DNA of 64,000 nt from Alphaproteobacteria bacterium. Lineage in GTDB: Bacteria > Pseudomonadota > Alphaproteobacteria > MPNO01 > UBA830. The notes under the pieces are model-generated. The model had not been told where the DNA came from. It saw nothing but the letters and a program-made list of their open reading frames with translations, and made no database searches. Positions 22,021 to 31,205 of this stretch are shown here, piece by piece (position 1 is the first letter of the stretch; every line of letters starts with the position of its first letter). The stretch is taken from NCBI GenBank assembly GCA_965243135.1, contig OZ251539.1, positions 4,416,001 to 4,480,000 on the forward strand, in the 5' to 3' direction. Both the position numbers and the translations under genes were made by a program.

Positions 22021-22662
22021 CTAATCAAGGTTTTCGATAAAGTTTTCGACTTTTTTCCATGCATCGCCTGTTATGTCCGGACTGACCGGACCTGGATCTT
22101 TCGTCACGCCTGGAACTTGCCACGCCGTCTGCGGCAAATGCCAGAAGCGATATCGTTTGGCGACGACAAGTCGCTTCCCGGATTTTGCGAGCGGGAGCAT
22201 GCATTCCAGCAACCAGTCTCTTGTAAACTTCACGGATCGAAGACGTTTCAGAGTTTTCTGGTTATCGGCCTCCTGGCTGATCCTCGGACTTCTATAGGCG
22301 CAGGCGTTTACCAGAGCGGCACGACCGTCGAACAGGTATCTCCCGTAATTCACCTTATGATAATATGGAGACACCGAGTTCCAGTCCGCAGTCGATGGCG
22401 ATACGATCCGTTCCAGATAGTCGGATATGGCCGTTTCGCCTGCGAACTCCTGCGGCGTCATTGCCGGATTATATCCTCCGTTCGCAGCGAGAATAATGAC
22501 CGGAGCGCGAAGAATGTCGCCGACGAACGCGCCAGCGGGAAAATCGAGATTGAAGGAATGCGGCGAATTGAGCAGTACGTCGGCATCTTCCGGGTGAACC
22601 CATTTGCCCTTTATGGGTTTCGTCTGCTTTTTCCAGAAATCGATGATCGCCTCGATTTTCAT
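22021..22662 (-). CDS. Hypothetical protein, possibly uracil-DNA-glycosylase superfamily
   Basis: HPED...PAGAFVGDILRAPVIILAANGG resembles the UDG-like N-terminal motif; lower GC; GGAG RBS. Confidence 0.45.
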   Translation of the reverse strand: MKIEAIIDFWKKQTKPIKGKWVHPEDADVLLNSPHSFNLDFPAGAFVGDILRAPVIILAANGGYNPAMTPQEFAGETAISDYLERIVSPSTADWNSVSPYYHKVNYGRYLFDGRAALVNACAYRSPRISQEADNQKTLKRLRSVKFTRDWLLECMLPLAKSGKRLVVAKRYRFWHLPQTAWQVPGVTKDPGPVSPDITGDAWKKVENFIENLD

Positions 22663-22696
22663 TGCTCGTCTCCACCGTTCTGACAAGGACTTTCCG

Positions 22697-22724
22697 GAGA
22701 GGCCGCCCGAAAAGGCGGCTCTCT
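22697..22724 (-). terminator. GC-rich hairpin downstream of Rieske copy 1
   Basis: gagaggccgcc-cgaaaa-ggcggctctc inverted repeat. Confidence 0.45.
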
Positions 22725-22758
22725 CGGATATTCTTCCGCCGCCGACGCGTTAGCGGGA

Positions 22759-23907
22759 GGCAGGACGGCGCGGGTTCCGCCGTCCTGCGTGAGAGGCTAC
22801 TCGGCGGCGATCGCCAGCCCCGGCTCCGCCGCGACCTTCCGGTCGATCATCGCGCGAGCGGCGATCGAACCCGCGTCCTGGATCGTGTCCACTGTCGGAC
22901 GCTCGTCCCAGTTCTCCTGCTGCTTGTTGAACACCTCCCAATCCTGGTGAAACGCCGTGAAGATCTGCTGGTATTGCAACTCCGTCATCTCCGGCGTCAC
23001 CGCCTTCCCCGGAATGTTGTAGGCGTTCGACCAGAAATAATGCGTCGTCGTCGCCGTCTCCGGCGTCACGAAGTTCAGGTTGTGGAAGCCGAAACCTCCC
23101 TCCGGAACGTCCCGCTCGATGTCCGTGAAGCCGAACTCCCGGCCTTCCGCAGCCCCCGGAGCCGCCCCCGTGAACAGGCGCACCGCCCCCGGCATCCGGA
23201 ACTCGATGATCTGCCAGCGGTCCACGATCGCGTCCGCGCTCCAGCCGCCCATCTTCTGATACGTCGGAGCCGGATTCTGCCCCACCGTCCAACGCGCGAC
23301 CGTCACCGAATCCTCGTCCTTCAGCGTCCGCACCCGCGCCGCCTCCGCGACCGCCGCGTTGCCGATCGTCGAACGGTGCACGAAACCAAGATGCGACAAG
23401 TCCAGAAGATTGTCGACGATCAGACGGTAGTCGCACTTCACGTAGAAATACGTCCCCTTGTCGCCCCAATCCGACGACGTCTTCCACGGATACGGTACGA
23501 TCCTCCCCTCGTCCGCGAGCGCCGGATCCCCCATCCAGATCCACACCCAGTTGTACTTCTCCACGACCGGAAACGTCCGCACCCGCGCTCCCGGCGGTAT
23601 CGTCGCCTGGCCCGGAACATGGACGCACGCCCCGTCGCCGTCGAACTGCAGACCGTGATAGTAGCACTCCATCCGGTCGCCGATCAGCTTCCCCTTCGAC
23701 AACGGCATCCGGCGATGGCAGCAACGGTCCTCGAACGCCACCGGCGTCCCGTCCTCGCGACGCCAGAAAACGACCTTCTCGTCGCAGATCGTCCGCGACA
23801 TCGGCGTCCGACCGACCTCCCCCGGCTCGGCGCAGACGTACCACGTGTTTTTCAGAAACATGCCTCGACCCTCCTCTTTCTCCCCCGCAGTCTAATCACC
23901 GATCAAC
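22759..23907. repeat. Direct repeat copy 1 (~1.15 kb: Rieske gene, RBS and downstream hairpin); copy 2 at 44979-46139
   Basis: Near-identical nucleotide sequence; about 20 substitutions in the CDS by eye. Confidence 0.95.
22797..23861 (-). CDS. Rieske non-heme iron oxygenase alpha subunit (VanA-like O-demethylase family), copy 1
   Basis: Rieske CCH...CYYH and mononuclear iron DNLLDLSHLGFVH motifs. Confidence 0.93.
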   Translation of the reverse strand: MFLKNTWYVCAEPGEVGRTPMSRTICDEKVVFWRREDGTPVAFEDRCCHRRMPLSKGKLIGDRMECYYHGLQFDGDGACVHVPGQATIPPGARVRTFPVVEKYNWVWIWMGDPALADEGRIVPYPWKTSSDWGDKGTYFYVKCDYRLIVDNLLDLSHLGFVHRSTIGNAAVAEAARVRTLKDEDSVTVARWTVGQNPAPTYQKMGGWSADAIVDRWQIIEFRMPGAVRLFTGAAPGAAEGREFGFTDIERDVPEGGFGFHNLNFVTPETATTTHYFWSNAYNIPGKAVTPEMTELQYQQIFTAFHQDWEVFNKQQENWDERPTVDTIQDAGSIAARAMIDRKVAAEPGLAIAAE

Positions 23908-24202
23908 GCGCCTTCAAATCGAAGCGGCCGCGGATTGCCCGCGAAGAAGCTCCGACCGCAAACGAGCCGAAACGGCTCCGTGACGGCCTTCAGAAGCGAT
24001 CCGGCTCGCGGCGCGCCAACATCGTTGGGTCGGCCCGGAAATTGTCGCTCCGAGATCCTTGGCCTCAGAACGCGGAGCGAATTGCGCCGTCGAGGGCGCG
24101 CCCGCCCTTCTTGCCCGGCGTGTCCCGCTTGCGGCGCCGCTCCCGTCTTTCTATAGAAGGGGTCGGATGATTGTCCGAGATGACCCGCTTCAGGAGGCAC
24201 CG

Positions 24203-24598
24203 ATGGAAAACCGTGCGTTCTATCCCGAAATCATGCAGCCGCCGCTCGGCAAATACGCTCACGGGGTGGAAGTCCCCGAGAACGCCAAGCTGACCTTCGT
24301 CGCGGGCCAGGTAGGAATCGATTTCGAAGGCGATCTGCCCGAGGATTTCGCCGCCCAGGCGCACAACGCCTGGAAGAACTGCCTCGCCGTGCTCGAGCAT
24401 AACCGGCTCAGGATCAGCGACGTCGTCAAGATCACCCACTTCATCACCGATCCCGCGAACCTGCCCGCGTACAACGAAGTCCGCGCCGCCTATCTCGGCG
24501 AAAGCCGGCCGACCTCGACCCTTCTTGTCGTCGCCGGTCTCGCCGACCCGAAATTCCTCGTCGAAGTAGAAATGATCGCCGCTACGACCAGGAGATAG
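24203..24598 (+). CDS. RidA/YjgF family protein
   Basis: YAHGVEV, FVAGQVG, PTSTLLVVAGLADPKFLVEVE; AGGAGG RBS. Confidence 0.9.
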   Translation: MENRAFYPEIMQPPLGKYAHGVEVPENAKLTFVAGQVGIDFEGDLPEDFAAQAHNAWKNCLAVLEHNRLRISDVVKITHFITDPANLPAYNEVRAAYLGESRPTSTLLVVAGLADPKFLVEVEMIAATTRR

Positions 24599-24680
24599 AG
24601 AGCGCAAACGACGACGCCCGAACGCCATGCGACCGGCGCGGCAGTCGTCCGCAAGCTGAAACAAGGACGCCATCGCAACC

Positions 24681-24839
24681 ATGTCCCGCCTCTGGATCGT
24701 CGCCGCCGCGATCCTCTTTCTCCTTGTCTGGTTCTTCTTCATCAGGATCGTGACGGTGCTGGTGATCGTGCTGGCGGTAGGGGGCGGCGCATGGATCTGG
24801 TGGGAAATCCGCCAGCTCAGGAAGGCCGTGGGACGGTAG
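24681..24839 (+). CDS. Small membrane protein (52 aa, below the ORF-track cutoff)
   Basis: MSRLWIVAAAILFLLVWFFFIRIVTVLVIVLAVGGGAWIWWEIRQLRKAVGR*; two hydrophobic segments and host-like codon usage. Confidence 0.55.
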   Translation: MSRLWIVAAAILFLLVWFFFIRIVTVLVIVLAVGGGAWIWWEIRQLRKAVGR

Positions 24840-25914
24840 CGGCCCTTTCGGCGATCTGCCGCACGCGTTCAGGCGACGCGCCGATACCTTCCTTGATCAG
24901 AATATAGAGCGCCACAGCGCTCACCCTCTCCGTGCCGAGCGGGTTGCAAACGATTTCGCCGTCCGGTGCGTCGGCATAGGCGATAGGAGTGCCTACGCCT
25001 TCCCGGATCAGTTCCGCGGCGAGTTCGCCCCAAAGCGTCGCTTGGATTTCGATCTCGTAACGCACGCACTCGTCGCCATGCGCGGTAAACAGGTTTTCGA
25101 TGATGAATTCCGAACCCGGCGCAACCATGGCGCGAACCACCATTTCCGGATATCCGCGCATTGGCCGCATGACCGCGGAAGCGCCGGCTTCGCGCAGCCG
25201 CGCGCGATTCCGGTCATCGACGCACTCGGCAAGAATCGATCCGGGCGCCCCGCGCAGCCGGTGAACGATATCGAAAGTCACGCTGTCGGTAGCGGGAGTC
25301 CGGTCTCCGGCGAGCACGACGACCGCCGCCGCCCGCGCCGCGTCCGCCGCCTCGATCCCGTCTTCGGTCTCGCCCTTGCCGTGAACGTGCGCCACGCCCA
25401 GTTCCCTGAGACTCGCGGGCAATCCTTCGGGCCACGCCTCGGTCAGAATCAGCACAGGCCGGTCCCGGCCCCATTCCGTCTCGCGGAACTGCCGGATCAG
25501 CGTCGCGAAATACTGTTCGGCGCCTGACTGCGGCGCATTGATCAAGAGCGCATGATTTTTCAAGTTCCACCTCCACTGGCCCTTGGCCATCCGTTGCCGC
25601 CGCGCCGTACGGTAATCGAAATAGTCCCCAGCGCCCTTTGCCAGCAAGAAGATCCCGCCCGCATAGACCAAAGCGACAGTGGCGACGCGCCCGGCCGCGC
25701 TGGAAGCGGACAGGTCGCCGTAACCGACCGTGGTGATCGTCGTCGCGGTCAGCCAGGCCGCATCGCCGGGCGACAGTCCCTCGAAAAGCATCATCGCAGC
25801 CGCGTGCAGGAAAAATATGCCCGCGAGGTAGAGCGACAACAGCAAGACAGCGCGCCCCGGATTCACCTCTCCGGGCACCGTGAGCCGACGGCGGCGGCGC
25901 CAATACATCAACAT
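24817..25914 (-). CDS. Potassium channel protein with C-terminal RCK/TrkA-N domain
   Basis: Selectivity filter TTVGYGD between two TM helices; RCK-type C-terminus. Confidence 0.92.
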   Translation of the reverse strand: MLMYWRRRRRLTVPGEVNPGRAVLLLSLYLAGIFFLHAAAMMLFEGLSPGDAAWLTATTITTVGYGDLSASSAAGRVATVALVYAGGIFLLAKGAGDYFDYRTARRQRMAKGQWRWNLKNHALLINAPQSGAEQYFATLIRQFRETEWGRDRPVLILTEAWPEGLPASLRELGVAHVHGKGETEDGIEAADAARAAAVVVLAGDRTPATDSVTFDIVHRLRGAPGSILAECVDDRNRARLREAGASAVMRPMRGYPEMVVRAMVAPGSEFIIENLFTAHGDECVRYEIEIQATLWGELAAELIREGVGTPIAYADAPDGEIVCNPLGTERVSAVALYILIKEGIGASPERVRQIAERAATVPRPS

Positions 25915-26761
25915 TGCCGTGCAGCCTTCTGCCGTTCAGGCGTCCTCGACATTCGCCGACCGGACAAGAAAAATCCGCGCAATCTTCGCAGAGCCGCCCG
26001 CGAGCCGCCGACCAGCGGACTGCACGAACGCAAGGACGAGCGCGGCATGGATCTACGCTTCACTCGACAATACCCGTCCTCGGTAGCGCACCCCTGGAAG
26101 CGCGTCTGTCCATGAAGCCGGACATCCCGACCCAAGATTCCCGATCCTTTCGTTCCGGCGCGGCGAACATCGGTTGCGACACTCCAGATCCAGCGTTCCT
26201 GAAACGACGCCCCGCGGCGCATCCTGCAACCGACCTGCGTAGCGATCGAGCATTCCGTTCTCGGCCGCCCACGCGACCCTGGTTTTGCGCCGACGGGCCC
26301 GGCAAGGCTTCGCGTTCGTCGGTGGTCGGCGCAAGTCCTGATACCGATGTTCGACAGCGAGGCCCTCGTTCTGCAGGAATGCCTGCACGAACTCGGGTCG
26401 TTCGGCTTGACGATGACGCGACCGACCGACCCGCCTGCACAGTATATCCACTGACGGCTTGCGCGAAACCCGCAACTCGAAGGCAGCACATTACGGAACC
26501 GCACGCCGCGTCCCTCGCGGCCGGTACCCGGCGGAAGACGGGCGCAGCGCACGCGGAGTTGGCGCTTGCCGGAAAAGGTGCCTGACATGCGCTTCGAGAT
26601 CGCTCGCGAAACAGGCCGGAACCCGGCTTCCACTATGGCGCCTCCAAACGAGACGGGAAATTTCCCGCAAACGCTTGCGAGATCCCCGGCCGCAGCCAAG
26701 GCACCATCGTGCGGGACGAATGACGGCGCGCCGCCAGAAAAAATAGTAGGCGTTCGCAGCC

Positions 26762-29700
26762 CTACGATCCCGCAGCGTTTGCCTGCGACAGTTTCCGCCT
26801 CAATTCCGAAAGTTCGCGCTGGATGTCTTGGGCGACTTCCGCAACCTCTCGGGCCACGCGAGGTTCCTGTCCGAGTTCGCGTCGCAAAGCAGTGATGAAG
26901 GGCAACAGAAGCCTCGCGGACGGAGACGCCTCGGCGAGGTCGATTACCGTCGCCGTATCGCCGCGCAGGCTCAGATATCCCAACACGCCGATACAGTCCA
27001 TCGGCAGCGGGACGATTGTCGGCAGAAGCGCCAGCATGTCCGCCACATCGCTCGTCCACGAGGCCCGATCGCCGATTTCGCGACGGGCAATGGCCCGAAT
27101 GCCGTATCCCTTGATCCGGACAGAGGAATTCGCGTTTTCCAACGCCCCCGTCGCCAAGCTGGCAGCTGCCTCGTAGCGTCTGTTCTTCATCTGAAATTCG
27201 GCGCCTTCGAGAATCAGAGACGGAATCCGTTCGCGCATTACTCGCAAAAAATGGTACTGCGAATGCGTTTCTTCGCACTCGTCGATTATTTGTACAGCCT
27301 GTCGAAAAGCGTTTTGCGCCTCTTTCGATCGATACAGCCCGATCAGCGTGGAGCCCTTCGTCACCAGCGCCCACGCGATCAGTAGCCCCGCATCGGGGAT
27401 TTCCCGCGTCTTGAGCGAGGCAACGGTTTCGTCAAGAATTGTCAGTGCGTCTTCCGGCCGGCCGGCCATTGTCAGCGCATAACTCTTCGCGACGGACACA
27501 AATGCCAAGGTTTCGAACGATTCTTCGGCAGTCTTCGCCCGGTCAAGGGTGCTCAGCCCTTCTTCCGTTCGGTCCGCCGCCGCCTGCGCAAACCCTTTCG
27601 CCGCAAGCGCCAACGCAAGGAGGAAAGCGTTCTCGGATTCGCCGCTCAACCGGTCGACGGCCTCTTCCGAAGTCTTGAGCGCCTCTTCCGTCCGTTCCAT
27701 GGTCATCAACGCAAACGACTTCATCGTCAATGCCTCGACGGCAATCGGCTCACGTATATTTCCCGCCCGCCTAATGGCCTCGTCGAAGTCCTTCAGAGCC
27801 TCTTCCCGCCGGTTCATCGTAAAATGCACGAAGCCCCTCGTCGTGAACGCTTGCGCCACAGCGAGAGCAACCGGAGGGTCATCGTTCGTCCTGAATTGTT
27901 TTACGATATCGTCCAGCATTGCCAATGCGGTTTCCGGCTTCATGGTTATCGCAGCCAAACTTTTCATTGTCAGCGCCTGTGCGATGGCCGGAGCGACCCT
28001 CGGCTCCTTGCTGGCACCGAACATCCGTATGGTTTCGTTAAAAGCGTTCAACGCTTCTTCCGGTCGATTCAGATCATCGAGCGCGACGCCCCGGCTTGCC
28101 AGAGCCTGCGCTACCGCCTGAACGGCGAACGGGTTTTCGATTCCGTCGAACCGCTCTACGGTTTCGTCAAGAACGCTCAGCGCTTCCTCGGGACGACCCG
28201 CCGCAATCAGCGCGGCACCCTTGTTCATAAAGGCGATTGCGACCGCCGGGTAATCGGTTTGCCCAAATCTCCTTATTGTTTCGTCAAGAACGTTCAGCGC
28301 TTCCTCGGGGCGATCCATCACAGTCAGCGCGAACCCCTTGTTCACAAGAGCCCGCGCAATCTGTGGCGCGATTTCCGGTGCGTCAGTCTCGCCGAATTCT
28401 TCAATTAGGCCATCATATATCTTCATCGCGTCTGGAATTTCTCCTGATTCCAAGAAAGCATTTCCCTTGTCTATGGAGTCGGAAATCCGGGATGCAACAA
28501 CGGCCATGTTTTCGCCGTCTCCTGATAAAATTCCGCCCGCCATTTCGTCAACTTTGTTGAGGAATCTGCCGTGAAATCCAATCATCATTGGCGCTACATG
28601 CTTTTGCGCAGCGCCGTGAAGCAAGCTTCCGCCGGCTCCTTCCTCCGCAATTCGCGCCACTATGTCCCTTAGTTGGGGCGACGAATAGAAGGACGCCATG
28701 AAACGGATGAGCGATTCGACCATGCTGTCCAAACCTCCGCGCCCTCTCCGGAGAAGATAATAGATGTTGTACAGTCGTTCGGTGACACAATACTGTTTGC
28801 GACGCGCCGAACCTCCAGCGGTCTGCACAACGCCCCTCTCGGAAAGACGTTGAAGCTGGGCGCTGCATTTGCTTGTGTCGAGCCGCGCCCTATCGGCGAT
28901 TTCCCTTGCGGTCGCAGGCTTCCAGAGTTCTGCAAGAGCAAGGTAAACTCGCCGTTCCTGAGCCGGGAGCGCGTCGAGATGGCCCTTGAAGTACTCCGTG
29001 TGATCGTCGATCAAACTCAGCAGATTGTCCATGAGTTCGCCTAACGACGGCTTCGCGCTAAAACGCGCCACGATCATGACCAACCTGGGATTGCCGCCGG
29101 TCAGTATCTCGATTGATCGGGCGGCTTCCGGAGCGGGAGGTTGGCCGGATACCGTCTCCCAGAGAGCCGCGCACTCGCCCGTGCGAAGGGGGTGCAACGC
29201 AACGACCCGAAAAAAACCGTAGAACGCTTCGCTCGGCTCGTCGATCTGCATGAACCGGCCGGTAGCGCTGGCGAGCAAGACGATGCGAGGTTCCGTTTGG
29301 AAAATCTGACGAAGCCGCCATGCATCGTGGGACTCGGCCATGCTAGCCAAAATCATGTTCATGTTCTCGACGAGAATCACCAGCCGCTTGCCTTCGCGAT
29401 CCGCGAAATCGAGCAGCGCACTCAGGCAAAGCGCGGAAAGCGCATAATCGTCCCGCTCGTTTCTCAGATCGTCCCGACTTAGGAGCAGATCGGGATCGCC
29501 ATCCCGCCGCGGCGCCTGTTCGGCCAGATGAGACAGGCATTCCAGCCAGAATTCCCCGCAGGTGCCTATCTCGTAACTTTCCTCGGGAAAAACGACGGGA
29601 AACAAGCGGGACGAAAGCTCGCTATCGCGCCGGATTTCGATCGCGGCCCGCAGAAGCAGGGTCGTCTTGCCGCTTCCGCGCGGACCGATCACCATCATGT

Positions 29701-29836
29701 GCGGATTGGAAGCACCTGTGCATTCGCGCAGGGTTTCGACGACCGATTCGAATTCCCTCCTGCGTACGCAGAACGACTCCGCGAGCTGATCGTCGGTCAG
29801 GAATCCCGGGTTGTATTTCACGGCGGCGACGGACAT
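26762..29836 (-). CDS. ATPase-winged helix-TPR repeat protein (STAND/NLR-like architecture)
   Basis: Walker A GPRGSGKTT; wHTH ATAREIADRARLDTSKCSAQLQRLSERGVV; many TPR units (ALVNKGFAL...RPEEALNVLDETI); start MSVAAVKYNPGF. Confidence 0.85.
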   Translation of the reverse strand: MSVAAVKYNPGFLTDDQLAESFCVRRREFESVVETLRECTGASNPHMMVIGPRGSGKTTLLLRAAIEIRRDSELSSRLFPVVFPEESYEIGTCGEFWLECLSHLAEQAPRRDGDPDLLLSRDDLRNERDDYALSALCLSALLDFADREGKRLVILVENMNMILASMAESHDAWRLRQIFQTEPRIVLLASATGRFMQIDEPSEAFYGFFRVVALHPLRTGECAALWETVSGQPPAPEAARSIEILTGGNPRLVMIVARFSAKPSLGELMDNLLSLIDDHTEYFKGHLDALPAQERRVYLALAELWKPATAREIADRARLDTSKCSAQLQRLSERGVVQTAGGSARRKQYCVTERLYNIYYLLRRGRGGLDSMVESLIRFMASFYSSPQLRDIVARIAEEGAGGSLLHGAAQKHVAPMMIGFHGRFLNKVDEMAGGILSGDGENMAVVASRISDSIDKGNAFLESGEIPDAMKIYDGLIEEFGETDAPEIAPQIARALVNKGFALTVMDRPEEALNVLDETIRRFGQTDYPAVAIAFMNKGAALIAAGRPEEALSVLDETVERFDGIENPFAVQAVAQALASRGVALDDLNRPEEALNAFNETIRMFGASKEPRVAPAIAQALTMKSLAAITMKPETALAMLDDIVKQFRTNDDPPVALAVAQAFTTRGFVHFTMNRREEALKDFDEAIRRAGNIREPIAVEALTMKSFALMTMERTEEALKTSEEAVDRLSGESENAFLLALALAAKGFAQAAADRTEEGLSTLDRAKTAEESFETLAFVSVAKSYALTMAGRPEDALTILDETVASLKTREIPDAGLLIAWALVTKGSTLIGLYRSKEAQNAFRQAVQIIDECEETHSQYHFLRVMRERIPSLILEGAEFQMKNRRYEAAASLATGALENANSSVRIKGYGIRAIARREIGDRASWTSDVADMLALLPTIVPLPMDCIGVLGYLSLRGDTATVIDLAEASPSARLLLPFITALRRELGQEPRVAREVAEVAQDIQRELSELRRKLSQANAAGS

Positions 29837-29852
29837 CGGCCTTTTCCCTAAC

Positions 29853-31085
29853 TCAACGCTTATACGCCGGAACGAAATTGCCGCCATGCCGTGCCCGCCA
29901 CCAATCCTCCAGCAAACCGGACACAAATCGATAGTTACCGTCTGATTCTTTGGCAAGGTAGCCGTCGTGCACAAGAACATCCAAGACATCGGAAGTCGGA
30001 GTCGAACTCCCGTTCGGTAACGACGAAAAATAGTCGCGATGGCCCTGTATAGCTTCGTCAGAAATCATGCCACCGCTCATCGCAGCATCGGTCAGCAATT
30101 CAAGAGCCATACGATAACTGTTATCACCAAGAGTCTCCCTCAGTCGCTGTTCGTAGTGATCCAAGTCGATCTGGCCAACGCTCCCGAGCATATCGTGGAG
30201 ATAAACATGCTCAACGTCGTCTAGCGTGGCCTCGCTCCGTTTGTGTCGACCGAGATATTCATGAAGCGCGTCGAAAAACTGTTGCACATGATGAGGGACA
30301 CAGCAGCGTAAACGGCAGCATATTTCACGGGCCACGTCTTCCGCAAGATCGATCTCGTAGTTCTCCGCTAACGCCATAAGACAGGCCGCAGCTGTTTCTT
30401 CCAACCATGGTTTCAGTTCATAGGAGGAAAAAATATTTGCATGAGCGCTCAATCCTGCCTGCCGCAGGATCGGTTGAAGCCCCATACTTCCAGAGACGAT
30501 TATGCAAACATTCCCCCTATGGGCTTGTCCGTTCTTGCGCAGAAAACTCAAAAAAAGGTCCGCAGCCTCCTTGCGTTCGATCGTGATCCTGTAATCGTCT
30601 CCCTTGAGCAGCCGGTTGACGAGTATAGGCAGTTCGTCGACCGCCAGCACCACGGGCCGGCCGCAATCGGCAAATGCCTTGAATATCCGATCACCCTCGT
30701 GTTGCCAGTTCCCAGGGTCAATACTAGCACGCATCTTGACCCGAAACGAACCGATTCTTGCTTCGTCGAGATGTTCCACAATGGTCCGCCAACCAGCCGC
30801 CAACCGTCCCCGCTTGCCATTCGTTGACCGGAGGGCGGTATCAAGTTCAGCGATGGCCTCCGCAGCGTTTCGGGTGCCCTCCAAATCTACAAAAACGGTC
30901 TCAAAACGCCCTGTCTCTGCAAGTCGACGCAGCAATTCGCGAACCAGGCTTGTCTTCCCCATCCGCCGCTGTGCTGTCAGCAACGTGTGGGTTCCGTTTT
31001 CGACGCGCTCCGTAAGAGCCGAGAGCTCAACCTCCCGGTTGAAAAAGCGCTCGCCAGACACCCAGTTTCCACCAGCTTTCTTCAT
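29853..31085 (-). CDS. P-loop ATPase partner of the TPR ATPase
   Basis: FFNREVEL, AQRRMGKTS, LAVDELP, C-terminal LLEDWW; 16 nt upstream of the TPR ATPase start. Confidence 0.85.
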   Translation of the reverse strand: MKKAGGNWVSGERFFNREVELSALTERVENGTHTLLTAQRRMGKTSLVRELLRRLAETGRFETVFVDLEGTRNAAEAIAELDTALRSTNGKRGRLAAGWRTIVEHLDEARIGSFRVKMRASIDPGNWQHEGDRIFKAFADCGRPVVLAVDELPILVNRLLKGDDYRITIERKEAADLFLSFLRKNGQAHRGNVCIIVSGSMGLQPILRQAGLSAHANIFSSYELKPWLEETAAACLMALAENYEIDLAEDVAREICCRLRCCVPHHVQQFFDALHEYLGRHKRSEATLDDVEHVYLHDMLGSVGQIDLDHYEQRLRETLGDNSYRMALELLTDAAMSGGMISDEAIQGHRDYFSSLPNGSSTPTSDVLDVLVHDGYLAKESDGNYRFVSGLLEDWWRARHGGNFVPAYKR

Positions 31086-31091
31086 CGCCCT

Positions 31092-31155
31092 ATTTCCCAA
31101 CGAATTTGATTGCAACAATGTCGTTGGGAAATGGGAAGAGGTCAAGTGGGAAAAT
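31092..31155 (-). promoter_or_regulatory. Promoter/operator of the ATPase pair (TTGACC plus tandem CAAC-N6-GTTG-like boxes); related copy at 36259-36320
   Basis: CAAC at 31098 and 31113, GTTG at 31123, GTCAA at 31141; near-identical spacing in the second copy. Confidence 0.55.
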
Positions 31156-31205
31156 GCCGATATCCAGAAAAAATCCCAAACCCGAGTTGGTGTAGAACGT
31201 CATGC

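Noticed and set aside
26000-26760. Overlapping ORFs between the K+ channel and the TPR ATPase
   Set aside because: No coherent protein; at most an unidentifiable gene fragment
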